Positions 26,156 through 39,254 of a stretch of 64,000 bases of DNA are shown here, in pieces; position 1 is the first letter of the stretch; every line of letters begins with the position of its first letter. The position numbers were made by a program, and so were the translations under genes. The notes below the pieces were generated by a model, which saw nothing but the letters and a program-made list of their open reading frames with translations, was not told the DNA's origin and did no database searches. Source of the stretch: Eledone cirrhosa (taxonomy: Eukaryota); assembly GCA_964016885.1 (NCBI GenBank), contig CAXHJY010000646.1:1-64000 (forward strand). The letters are read 5' to 3'.

Positions 26156-26649
26156 TTGTCTTAATGGTACATTTATATACTAAATTCTTATCAAGGCAAT
26201 TGTTTTGTGTATGCGTATGTTTATATGTTCTCCTTAAATGTGAGTGTATAGCGGGAGCCTATGCGTACGACTGTCGTTATCTATGTGATTGAGTGTGTGT
26301 GTGTGAGTGTGTGTGAGTGCGCGCGTGGACGTGTGAACTACCAAACACAGCAGTAATTCATCGAAGTGTGGCAGACACAGGACAGCTGATGGTCAGCCAA
26401 GCGATATCTGTTGGTCAGAATTATGATGACGTAGACAACCAGCGGCCAATAACAGGACACGCGAAGAGGATGAAGTTTTTGACACCCCAGTGAAAGAATT
26501 TGCTCTGAAATCATTAGACATGTCTGTCGAACCTGAGGATCCAGAATCAGACAGATCCACACAATGAACACGTCTCAAGCTATCCACCGGCGAAACAATT
26601 GTAGCACACAATAGAGTTCAGATGCATCACTGATTTTTCGTTTTATATT

Positions 26650-26700
26650 ATATGTTTGTGTATATATATATGTATATATGTATGTATATATATATATATG

Positions 26701-26741
<41 letters not shown>

Positions 26742-26826
26742 GTATGTATATGTGTATATGTATGTATATGTATATATATGTATGTATATATATATGTATG
26801 TGTATATGTATGTATATATGTATGTG

Positions 26827-26860
<34 letters not shown>

Positions 26861-27096
26861 TATATGTATATGTATGTGTATATGTATGTATATATATATG
26901 TATGTATATATATATATGTATATATATATATGTATGTATATATATATATGTATGTATATATATATATATATATGTATGTATATATATATATATAGGTATG
27001 TATATATGTATGTATATATATATATATGTATGTATATATATATATATGTATGTATATATATATACATATGTATGTATATATGTATATATATGTATG

Positions 27097-27190
<94 letters not shown>

Positions 27191-27262
27191 TGTATGTATA
27201 TATATATGTATGTATATATATATACATATCTATGCATATATATATATATATGTATGTATATA

Positions 27263-27294
<32 letters not shown>

Positions 27295-27310
27295 CATGTA
27301 TATATATATA
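26650..27310. repeat. (TA)n/(TATG)n compound microsatellite
   Basis: Low-complexity tract; a similar tract lies at 28078-28468. Confidence 0.95.
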
Positions 27311-27450
27311 TGGTAACCCTACCAAGGTTTCTTGGTGAGGAGGGTGACTTTGGACATCCTGCAGGACTAAAAACAAAACCTGTAAAAGGGCAAAGGAGCT
27401 CTTAAGAGTCAATGGCCATCCAAAATCACCGGGAGAGATGACCCCTTAGC
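27311..27450 (+). mobile_element. Probable RTE 5'-UTR fragment
   Basis: Similar to 59050-59140 (TTTGGACATCCTGCAGGA...AGTCAA.GGCC.TCCAA), which lies upstream of an RTE APE start. Confidence 0.5.
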
Positions 27451-27839
27451 CTTTGTCAAGGCAGAATTCTAGGAGAAGGAAAACTCTGATATAACACCTA
27501 CAACCCTGATGGTATCCAATGATGTTGACTTGTTCTTCTTTTTGGTAAATATCATCTTGGTTAAGAGAGTGGGACTGGCTTTGTGCAGTGCCTTTGCTCA
27601 CTATAAAAGCTTCACGGCACAGGCATTGCTTTATATCTGGAGATCTCTCTGCACTTGTCGTCACATGATACCATGGGCCCACCACTCAGTGTCAGTAATT
27701 GTCACAAGTGTAGTGTTTGTACCAGAGTTTTCAAGTCGCTGGCTGGACTAAAAAGTCACACTCGTTCAGCGCATCGGTAGGGGTTCTCCTACATGGATAT
27801 AAAGTAGTGGCCGTACTCGAAAACGAGTTGGCAGCCACC

Positions 27840-27894
<55 letters not shown>

Positions 27895-28149
27895 TATGTA
27901 TGTATATATATATGTATATATATATATGTATGTATATGTAGGAGGAGAGTTTTATTGTAGTACAATAAAGCAATGCAGATATCGGATAAGAAGCACTCTA
28001 CAGTTTGTAGGACTGGAGTATACATAATATATAAGAACAAAAGATGGTTAAAGGAGTTCCATGTATTTTATTATGCGTGTATATATATATGTATGTATGT
28101 ATGTATATATATATATCTATATATATGTATGTATATATATATATGTATG

Positions 28150-28214
<65 letters not shown>

Positions 28215-28325
28215 GTATACATATATATGTATATATATATATGTATGTATATATATATATGTATATATATATATGTATGTATATATATATATGTATGTAT
28301 ATATATATATGTATATATATATATG

Positions 28326-28356
<31 letters not shown>

Positions 28357-28551
28357 GTATGTATATATATATATGTATATACATATATATGTATATATAT
28401 ATATATATATGTATGTATATATATATATGTATATACATATATATGTATATATATATATATGTATGTACGTTATTCCGGGTTGAATCGGAGGTAACCACAG
28501 TAAGTAAGGTACTCAATACATAGCAGAGTATAAAAGTTTTAATATAGATTC

Positions 28552-28594
28552 AGATTCTACAGGACTAGAACTGTTTCATTCATTACAAATCATT
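28552..28594 (-). ncRNA. Truncated hammerhead motif, family H2
   Basis: AAU-GAAACAG-uucuaguc-CUGUA-GAAUCU present; the 5' core is lost to a (TA)n tract. Confidence 0.5.
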
Positions 28595-28904
28595 GTATAT
28601 ATATATATGTATGTATATATATATACGTATATATATACAAGGGCGGTGCCCCAGCATGGCCTCAGCCGGATGGCTGAAACAGGTAAAAGAGTATAAAAGA
28701 GTATGTATATATATGTGTGTATATATATGTATATATATACATAGAGGGTAGAGAGGGCCCTTGAGTCTAGTAAGACATCCTCTTTAGTGCTGGTGGCACA
28801 AATAAAAGCACCCAGTCCATGCTGTAAAGTGGCGCTGGTGTTAGGAAGGGCATCCAACCAGTGTATCAATGCCAAAACACTTATCAGCACACCAACAAAT
28901 AGGA

Positions 28905-30522
28905 ACAACAACAAAATATGAAGACGTCGCATCTCAGAGGTAGATCTGCTGAAATAGCGGAGATGCTGGAGAGAAGACATGTGGATGTGTACTGCGTGTA
29001 AGAGGTGAGATGGAGAGGTGCCTCTGCGAGACTAGTCGTAGGCAAACATCTTAGCTATAAGCTTTTCTTGGTAGGTAAGGATGATGGGTTAGGGGGAGTA
29101 GGCATTTTCCTGGCTGAGAGATGGATCAATAAGACAATAGAGGTAGTTCGAGTTAGTAATCGAATAATTAAGCTTAGATTAGTTGTAGGCAGGAGACTAC
29201 TGACAATCTTCTCTGCCTATGCTCCCCAAGCAGGCCTAGGCAAAGAAGAGAAAGACTGCTTTTACGAGCAACTTTTACAAACAACCGCAATGACAGAGGA
29301 CGGAGACATCGTTATGCTAGCAGGGGACTTCAATGGTCATGTTGGACTGCTCCAGGATGGTTACACTGGGGTACATGGTGGGCACGGTTACGGCTCAAGA
29401 AATGAAGAAGGAGGGAGACTTCTTGAATTTTGTGATGCAAGTACACTGACTATTTGCAACACAAACTTCTAGAAACCTGCCAACCACCTAATAACCTACA
29501 AATCTGGTGAGCACATAAGCCAGATTGACTTCTTACTAGTTAGGCAGCGGGACAGGCAGATAGTGCTTAATACCAAGGCATACCCTGGGGAAGAATGTAC
29601 CCCACAGCATAGGTTAGTCGTTAGTGATATCTCAGTAAGCAAGAGATGGAATGAGACATACAGGCAGATGTGGAGAAGAAAGGTCTGGAAGCTAAAAGAC
29701 CTTTCACTAAAATACAAATTTAGGAAAGCCCTTCAAGATGTGTATGATGGAAAAGAAGACGATTTAGAGACGTATGACATAGATAATAACTGGAATTTCT
29801 TACGTGACAACTTACTGCAGGCTACTGATGAAACTTGTGGCTGGAGCAGAGCTCCAACCAGACAGAGAGTGACCTGGTGGTGGAACAGCACAGTAGATAA
29901 GGCCATTAGAGACAAAAGACTAGCATGTAAGGCTTGGAAAAAGGGTGGGAGTAGGGAAGAATATACAGCCGCTAAGAGAGAAGCTAGATGTCAGGTGTAC
30001 TTAGCACGCAAGGAGGCCGAAAGTAGGAGGTTTGCCAATGTTCTGCGACGGGAAGATCAGAGGCGTGCGGTGTTCCACATTACAAAGCAGTGTGTCAATG
30101 CAAATCAGGATGTTGTTGGAGATAAATGTGTCCGGAACGATGCCGGTGTACTTAGTGTCACGAATGATCAGGAAAAGGAGGCCTGGAAATGTCATTATGA
30201 GAGACTGATGAATGTGGAGAACGAATGGGAGAGAGAGAAATTACCCTCAGTAGATCCGACAGAGGGACCAGCTATTGAGATTGACGAATATAGTGTCCAA
30301 CAGGCGATTTGGGAAATGAAAAATGGTAAGGCTGATGGACCATCGGGAATAGTTGCTGAGATGCTGAAGGCATCAGGGGACGTAGGCACTAAGCTGGTTG
30401 CACGCATCATCAATCAGGCTATATATGGTGGTGTCATACCCAAAGACTGGTGCAGCAGTATTCTCATAAATTGCTAGAAAGGTAAAGGGGATGCTCTGGA
30501 GAGGAGCAATTATAGGGGTATT
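28905..30522 (+). mobile_element. RTE LINE 5' part: APE endonuclease, linker and start of RT; several stops
   Basis: GVGIFLAE, SAYAPQAG, AGDFNGHVG, SQIDF, PQHRLVV, KADGPSGIVAEMLK, KGKGDALERSNYRG. Confidence 0.95.
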
Positions 30523-31307
30523 TGTTCAAATAGTCTTAATTGTATAATTGGGCTCATACATCGAAATATGTATAGTGCTTTTGCAGAATTAAAATTCTGA
30601 AGTAAATTTTCCAGTCTAGCCTTCTGTTGTTTTAATGAATACTTTACTCCGTTCCTGCACGAACCACTGGATACCACATCTACTATGGATGATTTGCATA
30701 ACGTTGAGTGCTTTAATTTATGTGCATCATTATTCCTCACCCAAACCACCAGTTATACCCATTGGTAAACAGCCTAACATAAATGATATATATATATATA
30801 TATATCTGTTTCTTGTAAACAGACATTCGTCTCATTCTGACGTCACCAGCCATGTCTCTCCATGTGTGTTTATTTTTATAATTTCGCACAAGGTGAACTA
30901 GCCTGCTTTTAAATTCCCTTTTTGGCATATTTTGGCAGTGGTTTAGGGTTATTGCGTTTGAGCTCTACTGATGAACAACTCCAACCGTGACCATCCCCAC
31001 TGAAAAAGTTTCGTGAAATAGTCTTTTTAAGACTATATAGAGCATTTGTAGTTTTTCCAAATTGAAGGATGAGTATTTAAGCTTTATTTATTCTGAGTTA
31101 AGGCTCTATTGGTTTTTCCCAGGATTTCACAAAATCTCTGGATAAAATCTGTCTTGATTTTTTTTTTTTTTAATTGAATTTGAATTATTTCCCCACATCT
31201 TACGTTAATTATTTCCCATTTTGACGTTATAGTCACTTATATATTATGAAATACTGTTAGCTCACAATAATTTCTATATTTTCATTTATATTCATTTATA
31301 TATTTAT

Positions 31308-31632
31308 GGAGGCACATGGCCTAGTGGTTAGAGCATTTGCCTGGCAATCGAAAGGTTGTGATTTCAATTCTCAGACCGGGTGATGTGTTGTTTCCTTGAG
31401 CGAGACACTTTATTTCACATTGCTCCAGTTTTCTTAGCTGTAGAAATGAGATGATAGGGACTGGGTTCCATATCATTCCACTGCAAAGTGGTCGTGGAGG
31501 CGCCACGGCAAAAAAGTACCCAGCACTCACTGTAAATGAGGTTGGTGTTAGGAAGGGCATCCAGCTGTAGAAATCAAGCCAGAATCAGTTCCCGTCCCAC
31601 CCTTGCAAGCAGGGTAAAAGTGGACGTAAAAA
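31308..31632 (+). mobile_element. SINE family B, full length
   Basis: GGAGGCACATGGCCTAGTGGTTAGAGC head; near-identical to 24391-24720. Confidence 0.9.
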
Positions 31633-32451
31633 CGAAAAACGAAAAACGAAATATATATATATATAAATGTGTATATGATGCAATACTGATTCTTGGCTCC
31701 CTATTTATTATTATATATATACATATTAGTGCTTGCTGGGTAATTGAGTAGGTAGGTGGGCATATAGGTAAGTAAAATGTGTTATGAGACAGGTGGTTAG
31801 GTAGAGAGGTGTGTAGGTGTAATAGTTAAGTTAGATTCTGTAACAGCTGTGAGGAATTTCTGAATTGTGTTAACTGAGGAAAATGTAGAAACAAAATAAA
31901 TCTTACTATAAAAACAAAAGAAATGGCAGGTGATATGAAATATCTGTGATAATGATAATGATGATGATGATGAGAATAATTCTGCAGAGAGCAGGGGCTT
32001 GAAGTCGGGGGGGGTGGGGTGGGGTGGGGTGGGGTGGAGGTTAGTGGTGGTGGTGTTAGTAGTTTATAGTTGTTGAAGTGGAGTGTGTTGTGGTTGTTTG
32101 CCCATATTAGCCTTGATCCAGCAAAACTATGATCAAATGTTGTTGTTGTTTAGCCTTATATCCAGCAAACTTATGATTAAAAGTATTCTAGCTGTGACCA
32201 TCACATCTTTTCCCTATGTACAGGAAACCTAGCACCACATTATGCATCATATCCTTTTCTAAGTCATGTAGATTGAGGTAAATTTGACTGTTATTTCTAC
32301 TAAATCAAACGACTGCTTAGAAGAAAGACCAGGTAAGGGGTCGACAAAAAACATCTCAATAGCCCATATGTATATTAATATTTTAAAAGGGCTGAGGCCC
32401 ACAAAGAACACCTCAATTGGCCACATGTATATTATATCATATCTTACATAT

Positions 32452-32690
32452 CTATCTATCTATCTAAGGCGGGTAAAATTCCCGAGATCCATGGACGAGT
32501 TCTCTCCAGTGGTCTCTGTCCCTCATTATCGCTGCCATATCCTGCGTCTCCAACAGACCAGTGTCTGTCCTTAGGGCATCAACATACGTTAACCTTGGTC
32601 TTCCTCTTCTAGTGTGTCCATGTAGGGGCTCCCAAAGGAGCACTGAGTGCAATGTCAGGAGACTGAGGTTGGCTGGACATGCTCACCGAC
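32452..32690 (-). mobile_element. Short RTE-like LINE insertion with 5' inversion, (TAGA)n tail and 11-bp TSD
   Basis: Minus strand SVLLWEPLHG..RRGRPRLTYVD; plus strand VRRLRLAGHAHRH; ATCTTACATAT at 32441-32451 and 32691-32701. Confidence 0.9.
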
Positions 32691-35224
32691 ATCTTACATA
32701 TAAACATTTGAAAAGGTGTGAGTCCAACAATGGTCCACATGTAGGCCGTTATCACCTGTTGCCAATCAATGGTATGCAAATGTGCGATTGTTCCGTCTTC
32801 TATTTAGACACATGGTAGAGACTCCTTGGATGCTGATGGCATGTCTTTGGGAAATTATAATCAATAATTTAGAGTGCTTTGCTAAAATAACTAACTTTAT
32901 TGTTGTATTTTGGGTGAGTCATGCAACTAATCAAACAAAGCACATTCCTTGAATTATGCTATCAATTACTTGGTTAATCAACTAATTAATTAATTGTCAA
33001 AGTCATTTCATTACAGTCTGTGCTGTTATTAATGACCCTTACACTCTGTGTCTCCTCTTTGTCAACACTTTATCTCTACTTTGTCTTTACTGTCTTTTAT
33101 TGTTATACTAAGTTAATATATAGAACACCACCAGTGCTACATTTAGAAATGGCCATATACAGAAATCTTGAAAGCCCCTTGTTAAAAGAATTACATCAGA
33201 ATCTCTTACAAAAATAAAAAAAAAATGAAACTATTTGTCTTATTTTGATGCCTCAGAAGATTGTGAATCGATAATGTTTAGTTTATTCAGATTATCTTTA
33301 AACTTGGCAAAAAACCCTTAACATGAAAGACACTGCCTAAAAATTTTCAAATCATTTTGTAAATAATCAAGAATTTGGGAGGATTTACTGATATAACTAA
33401 CTTTCTCATTATCAATTTGACATTTGAAACATAATTTAACAAAGGTTCTTACACAAAATGATGATGGAAATAAATAATTATTAACACTTTAACTCTTTTG
33501 TTACCATATAACAACTTAATGCTTTTACATTAAATTATGAGATGAACTTTTTATTTGAATATTGAACAGTTTTAGTCTAAAAATAAAATTAGAAAATATG
33601 AGTGAGAAAGTTAAATCTGGTTCTCCGGTGTTTTACCATCTAGCTTCACAACCATTTCATACCCATATTTTAAATGAAATATGCTGTATTTTAATTGATT
33701 AATTAATGAAGAATTTGGAGTGATTAATTAAAATGATCAATTCATTACTAAGATACTATGTAGCCAATTAATGCTTACCACCACCTAACCCAGTATGTCT
33801 TTAGGAGAATTCACTGTTGTAAACTTTTGAGGCCTTATTTCCAGTTAAAGAATACCTTCCTAGTTCTCTCCCTACCTTCACTTCCAGAAGTCCTTATAAG
33901 GGTCATGGACACTGCCTCATCTGAAGAAGACATTCTTTTATTATTTTACTGGTTTCAGTCATTTGACAGTGGCCATGCTGGGACAATGCCCTGATGTGAT
34001 TTAGTTCATTATACTAACCATCTAAACTATAATAAAGTAAGGAGTGCGAAATAAACCGGACTGCGTACGGTTTATTTCTTTTAATCCAGTTAGTAAAATA
34101 AGTTGGATTACTTTGAATAAATAATGAATGAATAATAAATCTACTAAATTTTGTAACTAAATTTCGTAAATATAAATAATTTAAAATTGACTTCTTTTCA
34201 AAGTTTCAAATTTCTACACTTCCAGTATATCGTCGCCACCACCACCACTTCAACTACCATATATATATAGAAGGAGAGAGTGTGTGGTGAGAGAGATACA
34301 GAGATTATGATGTTCTACACGCTGACGTGTATGTGTGTGTATGTGCACATACATAATTCTATATGTATGAGTATATAACTATTACGAGTATATAATTATA
34401 ATCGCTCAAACACAAACTTATAAAAATACACGCTCACGGACTTACATTCAGATAAATACACATACTTACATTCATACATTTACACATACATACATTCACA
34501 CATATATATTTACACAAACACACACATACAGTCATGATAGCAGCGTTCGATGAATTGGAAATGGGAGGGTAAAACAAGTATAACGTTTTATTTAATTATT
34601 AACAACACAGTTTAACTCTTTTTTTTTTTTAAACTCATTTGTATAAAAATTTAATATAATGGTTACAGAACAAAAACACAAACAAGTATAATATATACAA
34701 AGGAAAGGAAAAGGAAAATAAGAAAGAGAAAAAAATACACAACCAGGTAATACACAACCAGGTAATACACACATCTTAGACCACATAGGCTGGATAATGT
34801 AGTTAGCTGACAGAACACGGTATTTTAGGATTTTGTTCCGTTCATCTGCGGACGCTGTAGCTCTCGCCCTTTACCTCTGCATCCAGGATGTGGGAAGAAG
34901 CAAAAGAGTCACGAACTGTGATGTCCCAGGTAAGGCACCTGCCTCTTGACCAGGTGCACAGAGTAAGACCGTCAAGTCTTTTCCCATCAATTCAGGACAA
35001 CCCAGAAGGTTCCAAAATTGAGGGGATGTTTGCCCTGGCCCAAGCTCTTAAGTGGTGTATGTGCGCGCGCATGAGTTTGTTGGCGTTCTTAAATTAGAGA
35101 CACGTGCATGTATCTTACTGTTTTTAAGTTAGACATATATATGTGTGTATCCCTTTCCTTCCTTTTACACACATACATTCACACAAACACACACACACAT
35201 TGTGTGATGGACGGGTGGAGAGAA

Positions 35225-35455
35225 GTCCCTCAAATTTATATACATGTGAATGGAGTTCTACTGAAGCAGTTAGAGAAGTTCAAGTATCTCAGGGCCGTGT
35301 TCATGAGTGATGGAATGCAGGAGGCTGAATTAAGTGCAAGAATTGCAAAAGCTGATGCAGTAATGCGCCAGCCTCAGCATTCAGCAATCAGAAGAAGGAG
35401 GGTAGGTGTAGAAGCCAACTTCGCTGTCTTCTTGGTATTCCTGCCAACTCTTACA
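35225..35455 (+). mobile_element. RTE fragment, same family as 39255-41195
   Basis: HVNGVLLKQLEKFKYL..VF.SDG.QEAELSARIA. Confidence 0.8.
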
Positions 35456-35466
35456 TGTATATATGT

Positions 35467-35827
35467 TATCATCATCATTTTACGTCTACTTTTCCCTGCT
35501 TCCAAGGGTGGGACGGGAACTGATTCTGGCGTGATTTCTACAGCTGGATGCCCTTCCTAACACCAACCTCATTTACAGTGAGTGCTGGGTGCTTTTTTTC
35601 CGTGGCGCCTACACATCCACTTTACAGTGTGGGCTGGGTGCTTTTTTGCCGAGGCACCTCCACGACCACTTTGCAGTGGAATGATAGGGACCCAGTCCCT
35701 ATCATCTCATTTCTACAGCTGAGTAAACTGGAGCAATGTGAAATAAAGTGTCTTGCTCAAGGAAACAACACATCACCCGGTCTGAGAACTGACAACCTTT
35801 CGATTGCAAGGCCAATGCTTTAACCAT
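35467..35827 (-). mobile_element. SINE family B
   Basis: Reverse complement of 24391-24720 with a small insertion and a deletion. Confidence 0.9.
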
Positions 35828-36758
35828 GTAGCAGCTGTGCTGGGACAGCAAGCAGTAAACTGCCACAGGAAACAAGTACCACCAATCTCTGGGAGGGCTC
35901 TGTAGAAACAGTAGACAGCTTCTGCTACCTAGGTGACCGAATTAGCAACGGAGGTGGGTGTTCAGAAAGTACAATAACTAGGGTAAGAACGGGATGGAAG
36001 AAGTTTAGGGAACTACTACCACTGCTAGCTGCAAAAGGCTTCTCCCTCAGAATGAAAGGCAGACTGTATGATGCGTGTATACGAACAGCAATGTTACATG
36101 GTAGTGAGACCTGGGCGCTGAAGGTGGAAGACTTACGTAGATTAGAGAGAAACGAAGCCTGCATGCTCCAATGGATGTGTAACAGTAATATATGCGAACG
36201 GCAAAGCATAAATGAATTGAGAGAGAGACTGAGCATAAGAGGAATCAAATGCTGTGTGCAGGAGAGGTGGTTGCGTTGGTATGGACATGTGATACGTATG
36301 AAGGATGACAGCTGCATAAAAAGGTGCAGAGCACTAGAAGTCATTGGAAACTGTGGAGTGGGGAGACCCAAGAAGACCTGGGATGAGGTGATAAAAGCCG
36401 ACCTTACCCAATTACATCTCTCAAAAGTGATGACACACGACCGTGACCTCTGGCGTCACACAGTAATACAGAGTACCCGACCTCCCACGGGTACAAGCTG
36501 AAGCTTAAGCATATAGACAATATGCCCCCTCACCCTCCCACTGTAAAGTGGACGTGTAGGCGCCAAGGCAAAAAAGCACCCAGCACTCACTGTAAATGAG
36601 GTTGGTGTTAGGAAGGGCATCCAGCTGTAGAAATCAAGCCAAAATCAGTTCCTGTATGAGCAAGACAAGGTCAGCCAACCAGTCACTGCCCACAACAGGA
36701 CAACCCATCTAACCCATGCTAGCATGGAAGAACGGGTGTAAAATGGTGATGATGATGA
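35828..36758 (+). mobile_element. RTE LINE 3' part with 3' UTR and (GAT)n tail
   Basis: VDSFCYLGD, KGRLYDACIRTAMLHGSETW, LRWYGHV, GRPKKTWDE. Confidence 0.92.
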
Positions 36759-36779
36759 TATATATATATATATATATGA

Positions 36780-37227
36780 ATTTGTTTTGCAAGGTTTTTG
36801 ATATGAAATTGTGTGTCGAAACAAATATTGTACTTATAAGAAGTGTGTTATATGTAAAATGAACCCCCAGATAAATTGTAAAACTAGAAATGTAGTCTAT
36901 AGCATAAGATGTACAGAGGGTACTTGCATAAACATGACAACGACATACATAGGTGAGACAGCTCGAAGCATAGGAGAAAGAATAGACCAACACTGGGGGG
37001 AACTAAAAGGATAAAAAACGGTTCAGTACTATATGAACAAGCCAGACAAAGACATGACGGTAATATAGACAATATAGAAATTAAAATAATATCTAAACAT
37101 AGAAATGACTCAACAGGTAGGCAAATCAGAGAAGCAACTGAGATAGAACTAAGAAGACCAAAGTTAAACAGAAAAAATGAATGGAAAAACAACAACCACC
37201 ATACCCAAACAAACAATACTGACTTAA
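36780..37227 (+). pseudogene. Penelope-like element GIY-YIG endonuclease C-terminus; one stop at 37012
   Basis: CVIC..NCKTRNVVYSIRC..C..TYIGETARSIGERIDQH...RQIREATEI....PKLNRKNEW. Confidence 0.9.
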
Positions 37228-37463
37228 GGAAAATATAAATAAATAAATAAATAAATATATACACAAATACAATAACAATAAACGCATATAAACACACACA
37301 CTAGTAAACAAAGATAGAATACAGAAATCAAAACACTCAAACGCGAACACACACACCAAACATTATACATACACGCAAATACATGCGCAAAGACAGAGAC
37401 AAGAAGAAATAAATAAATAAATAAAATGGCGTAGACATACAATACAATAGGAGGAACATAATA

Positions 37464-37509
37464 ATACCACTGATGATGTTGCAGATGTGCAACGAAAGAA
37501 CTTTGTTAG
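37464..37509 (+). ncRNA. Minimal hammerhead motif in the 3' pLTR of the Penelope-like element
   Basis: UACCA-CUGAUGA-U-GUUGCA-gaug-UGCAAC-GAAAG-aa-CUU-UGUUA, ~240 bp downstream of the GIY-YIG stop. Confidence 0.75.
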
Positions 37510-38571
37510 ACTATATATATATATTTATGTCTGTATTTTTAACTGTTGGTCAATCAATGATAAACATTGATTGCTAAATAAATTAACTATGGAGATATAA
37601 AAGATACAGAAGTGAAAACCAACTAAACAGTGAGTGTGTTCCGTTATTATTTCTGACAATTACAACAATATGACCCTCCCCAAGTATAACAATATATATA
37701 TATATATATATGCAAATATATAAACAACATTTGGTTTATTTAGGAAGCATTCAGAAATTAAAAAACATGTTTGCTACAATGCAGATAACTATAACAATAG
37801 TTGATAACTATGATTAAACATTTAACTAAATCAATAGAGACACCTGTGGTGTAATGTGGGGTGGGGTGGGGTGGAGTGATCAACAGAGACACCTGTGGTG
37901 TAATGTGGGGTGGGGTGGGGGTGATCAACAGAGACACCTGTGGTGTAACGCCTCAATACAAACCATTACACAGTAAAAAAAAGGAAAACAAAAAAATAGT
38001 GAAAATACTTGCCTGAAGCATTATGATTAAATTTCAGGTGAAATAATCTGTTCAGTTTAATTAGTACACACCTTTGTATAAGTTATTCCTGATAGCTTAG
38101 ATGGTGAGTACTGGAATTAATTACAAAATATTCTATTGTTAGCCTGGCAGATACATACATGGTGACACAGCAAAAATTCTTTAAGTATTCTTTTAGCCTT
38201 TTATTGGTTTCAGCCATTAGACTGTTACCATGCTGGGGCACCAGTTTGAAAGGTACTTATTTTATTGATCTCTTTTTCGTTGAACTGTTAAGGTACATGA
38301 CAGGAACACAGACACACAAACACATCTCCTTTTCTTCCGTATATAATGTATATCAAAATAAGAGACATATAAGAATAGAGGAGAAAGCACCTATCATATA
38401 ATATATTAGATGCCTTTAGCCGAAGTTAAGTGTGCTCAATGCTTAGAGATGCAATGTTAAATATTATAGTGGAGTTAGTATTTAAGGAGAGTTATATGCA
38501 GAAGATAAGCAGAGCGGGTATAATCAGAAATATATGGAGGAGAAAGCAAGATATTTAAAACCAAAATTTAA

Positions 38572-38674
38572 TTCTTACACAGTGCTTCATCTTCAAGTAC
38601 ATTTACAATACAGTAGGTAGACATATATGTATATATTCCACCATAGAGATGCACTTATAAGACTCATCAGAGAT
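38572..38674 (-). ncRNA. Hammerhead motif with extended stem II (A15.1G)
   Basis: UCU-CUGAUGA-GUCUUaUAAGUGCAU...AUGUACUUGAAGAU-GAAG-CAC-u-GUG-UA-AGA. Confidence 0.65.
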
Positions 38675-38871
38675 TTTATGTCCTTAAAGATGTCCCTGAA
38701 GGGATTAGTCCAACTTCATATATGTAAAACAGCAAACATTCTCTATAAAAACATAAATTGACCCAATTAATAAAGAAATCTTCATCAAGGGGAGACATGG
38801 TCTGACGTTAAATAAAAAAAAAATTTGAAATAAACGCATACTACTGTGATTATTTCCGGCAAAGACAGGCA

Positions 38872-38941
<70 letters not shown>

Positions 38942-38970
38942 CACACTTGCACGTGCATCTACATGTGAAC

Positions 38971-39060
38971 ACATATCGGAGGAGCTTCCAATTCCAGAGT
39001 TTATCAAACATTAATCAATCATTCCTCGAGCTGATCGACAGTGAAACATATGTAATATGT
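38971..39060 (+). ncRNA. Degenerate hammerhead motif (U4G), palindromic stem III
   Basis: ACAUAU-CGGAGGA-GCU...AGU-GAAAC-AUAU-GUA-AUAUGU; 6-bp stem I. Confidence 0.55.
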
Positions 39061-39219
39061 AATTAAATATGTAAATGATGCAATACTGATTCTTTGTTCC
39101 CTTTTAATATTATTATATTATTTTATATATATATATACACACACATATATATATGTGTGTGTGTGTATGTGTATGTATATGTATATATATATATATCTAT
39201 ATCTACATGTGTGTGTGTT

Positions 39220-39250
<31 letters not shown>

Positions 39251-39254
39251 ACAT

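Noticed and set aside
26530-26610. Possible hammerhead (CUGAGGA...GAAAC-AAUU-GUA)
   Set aside because: The 3' half looks right but I found no convincing stem I or stem II.
16357-30522. A single split RTE formed from the 28905 APE part and the 16357 RT part
   Set aside because: The pieces are in the wrong order with no shared TSD, so I treated them as separate insertions.
30960-31265. Possible hammerhead (CUGAUGA at ~30968)
   Set aside because: It needs an unpaired insertion and a ~270-nt unpaired stem II, so it is not supportable.
34047-34080. Hairpin GAAATAAACCG..CGGTTTATTTC, a possible Helitron end or terminator
   Set aside because: Single occurrence with no CTRR end or other supporting context.
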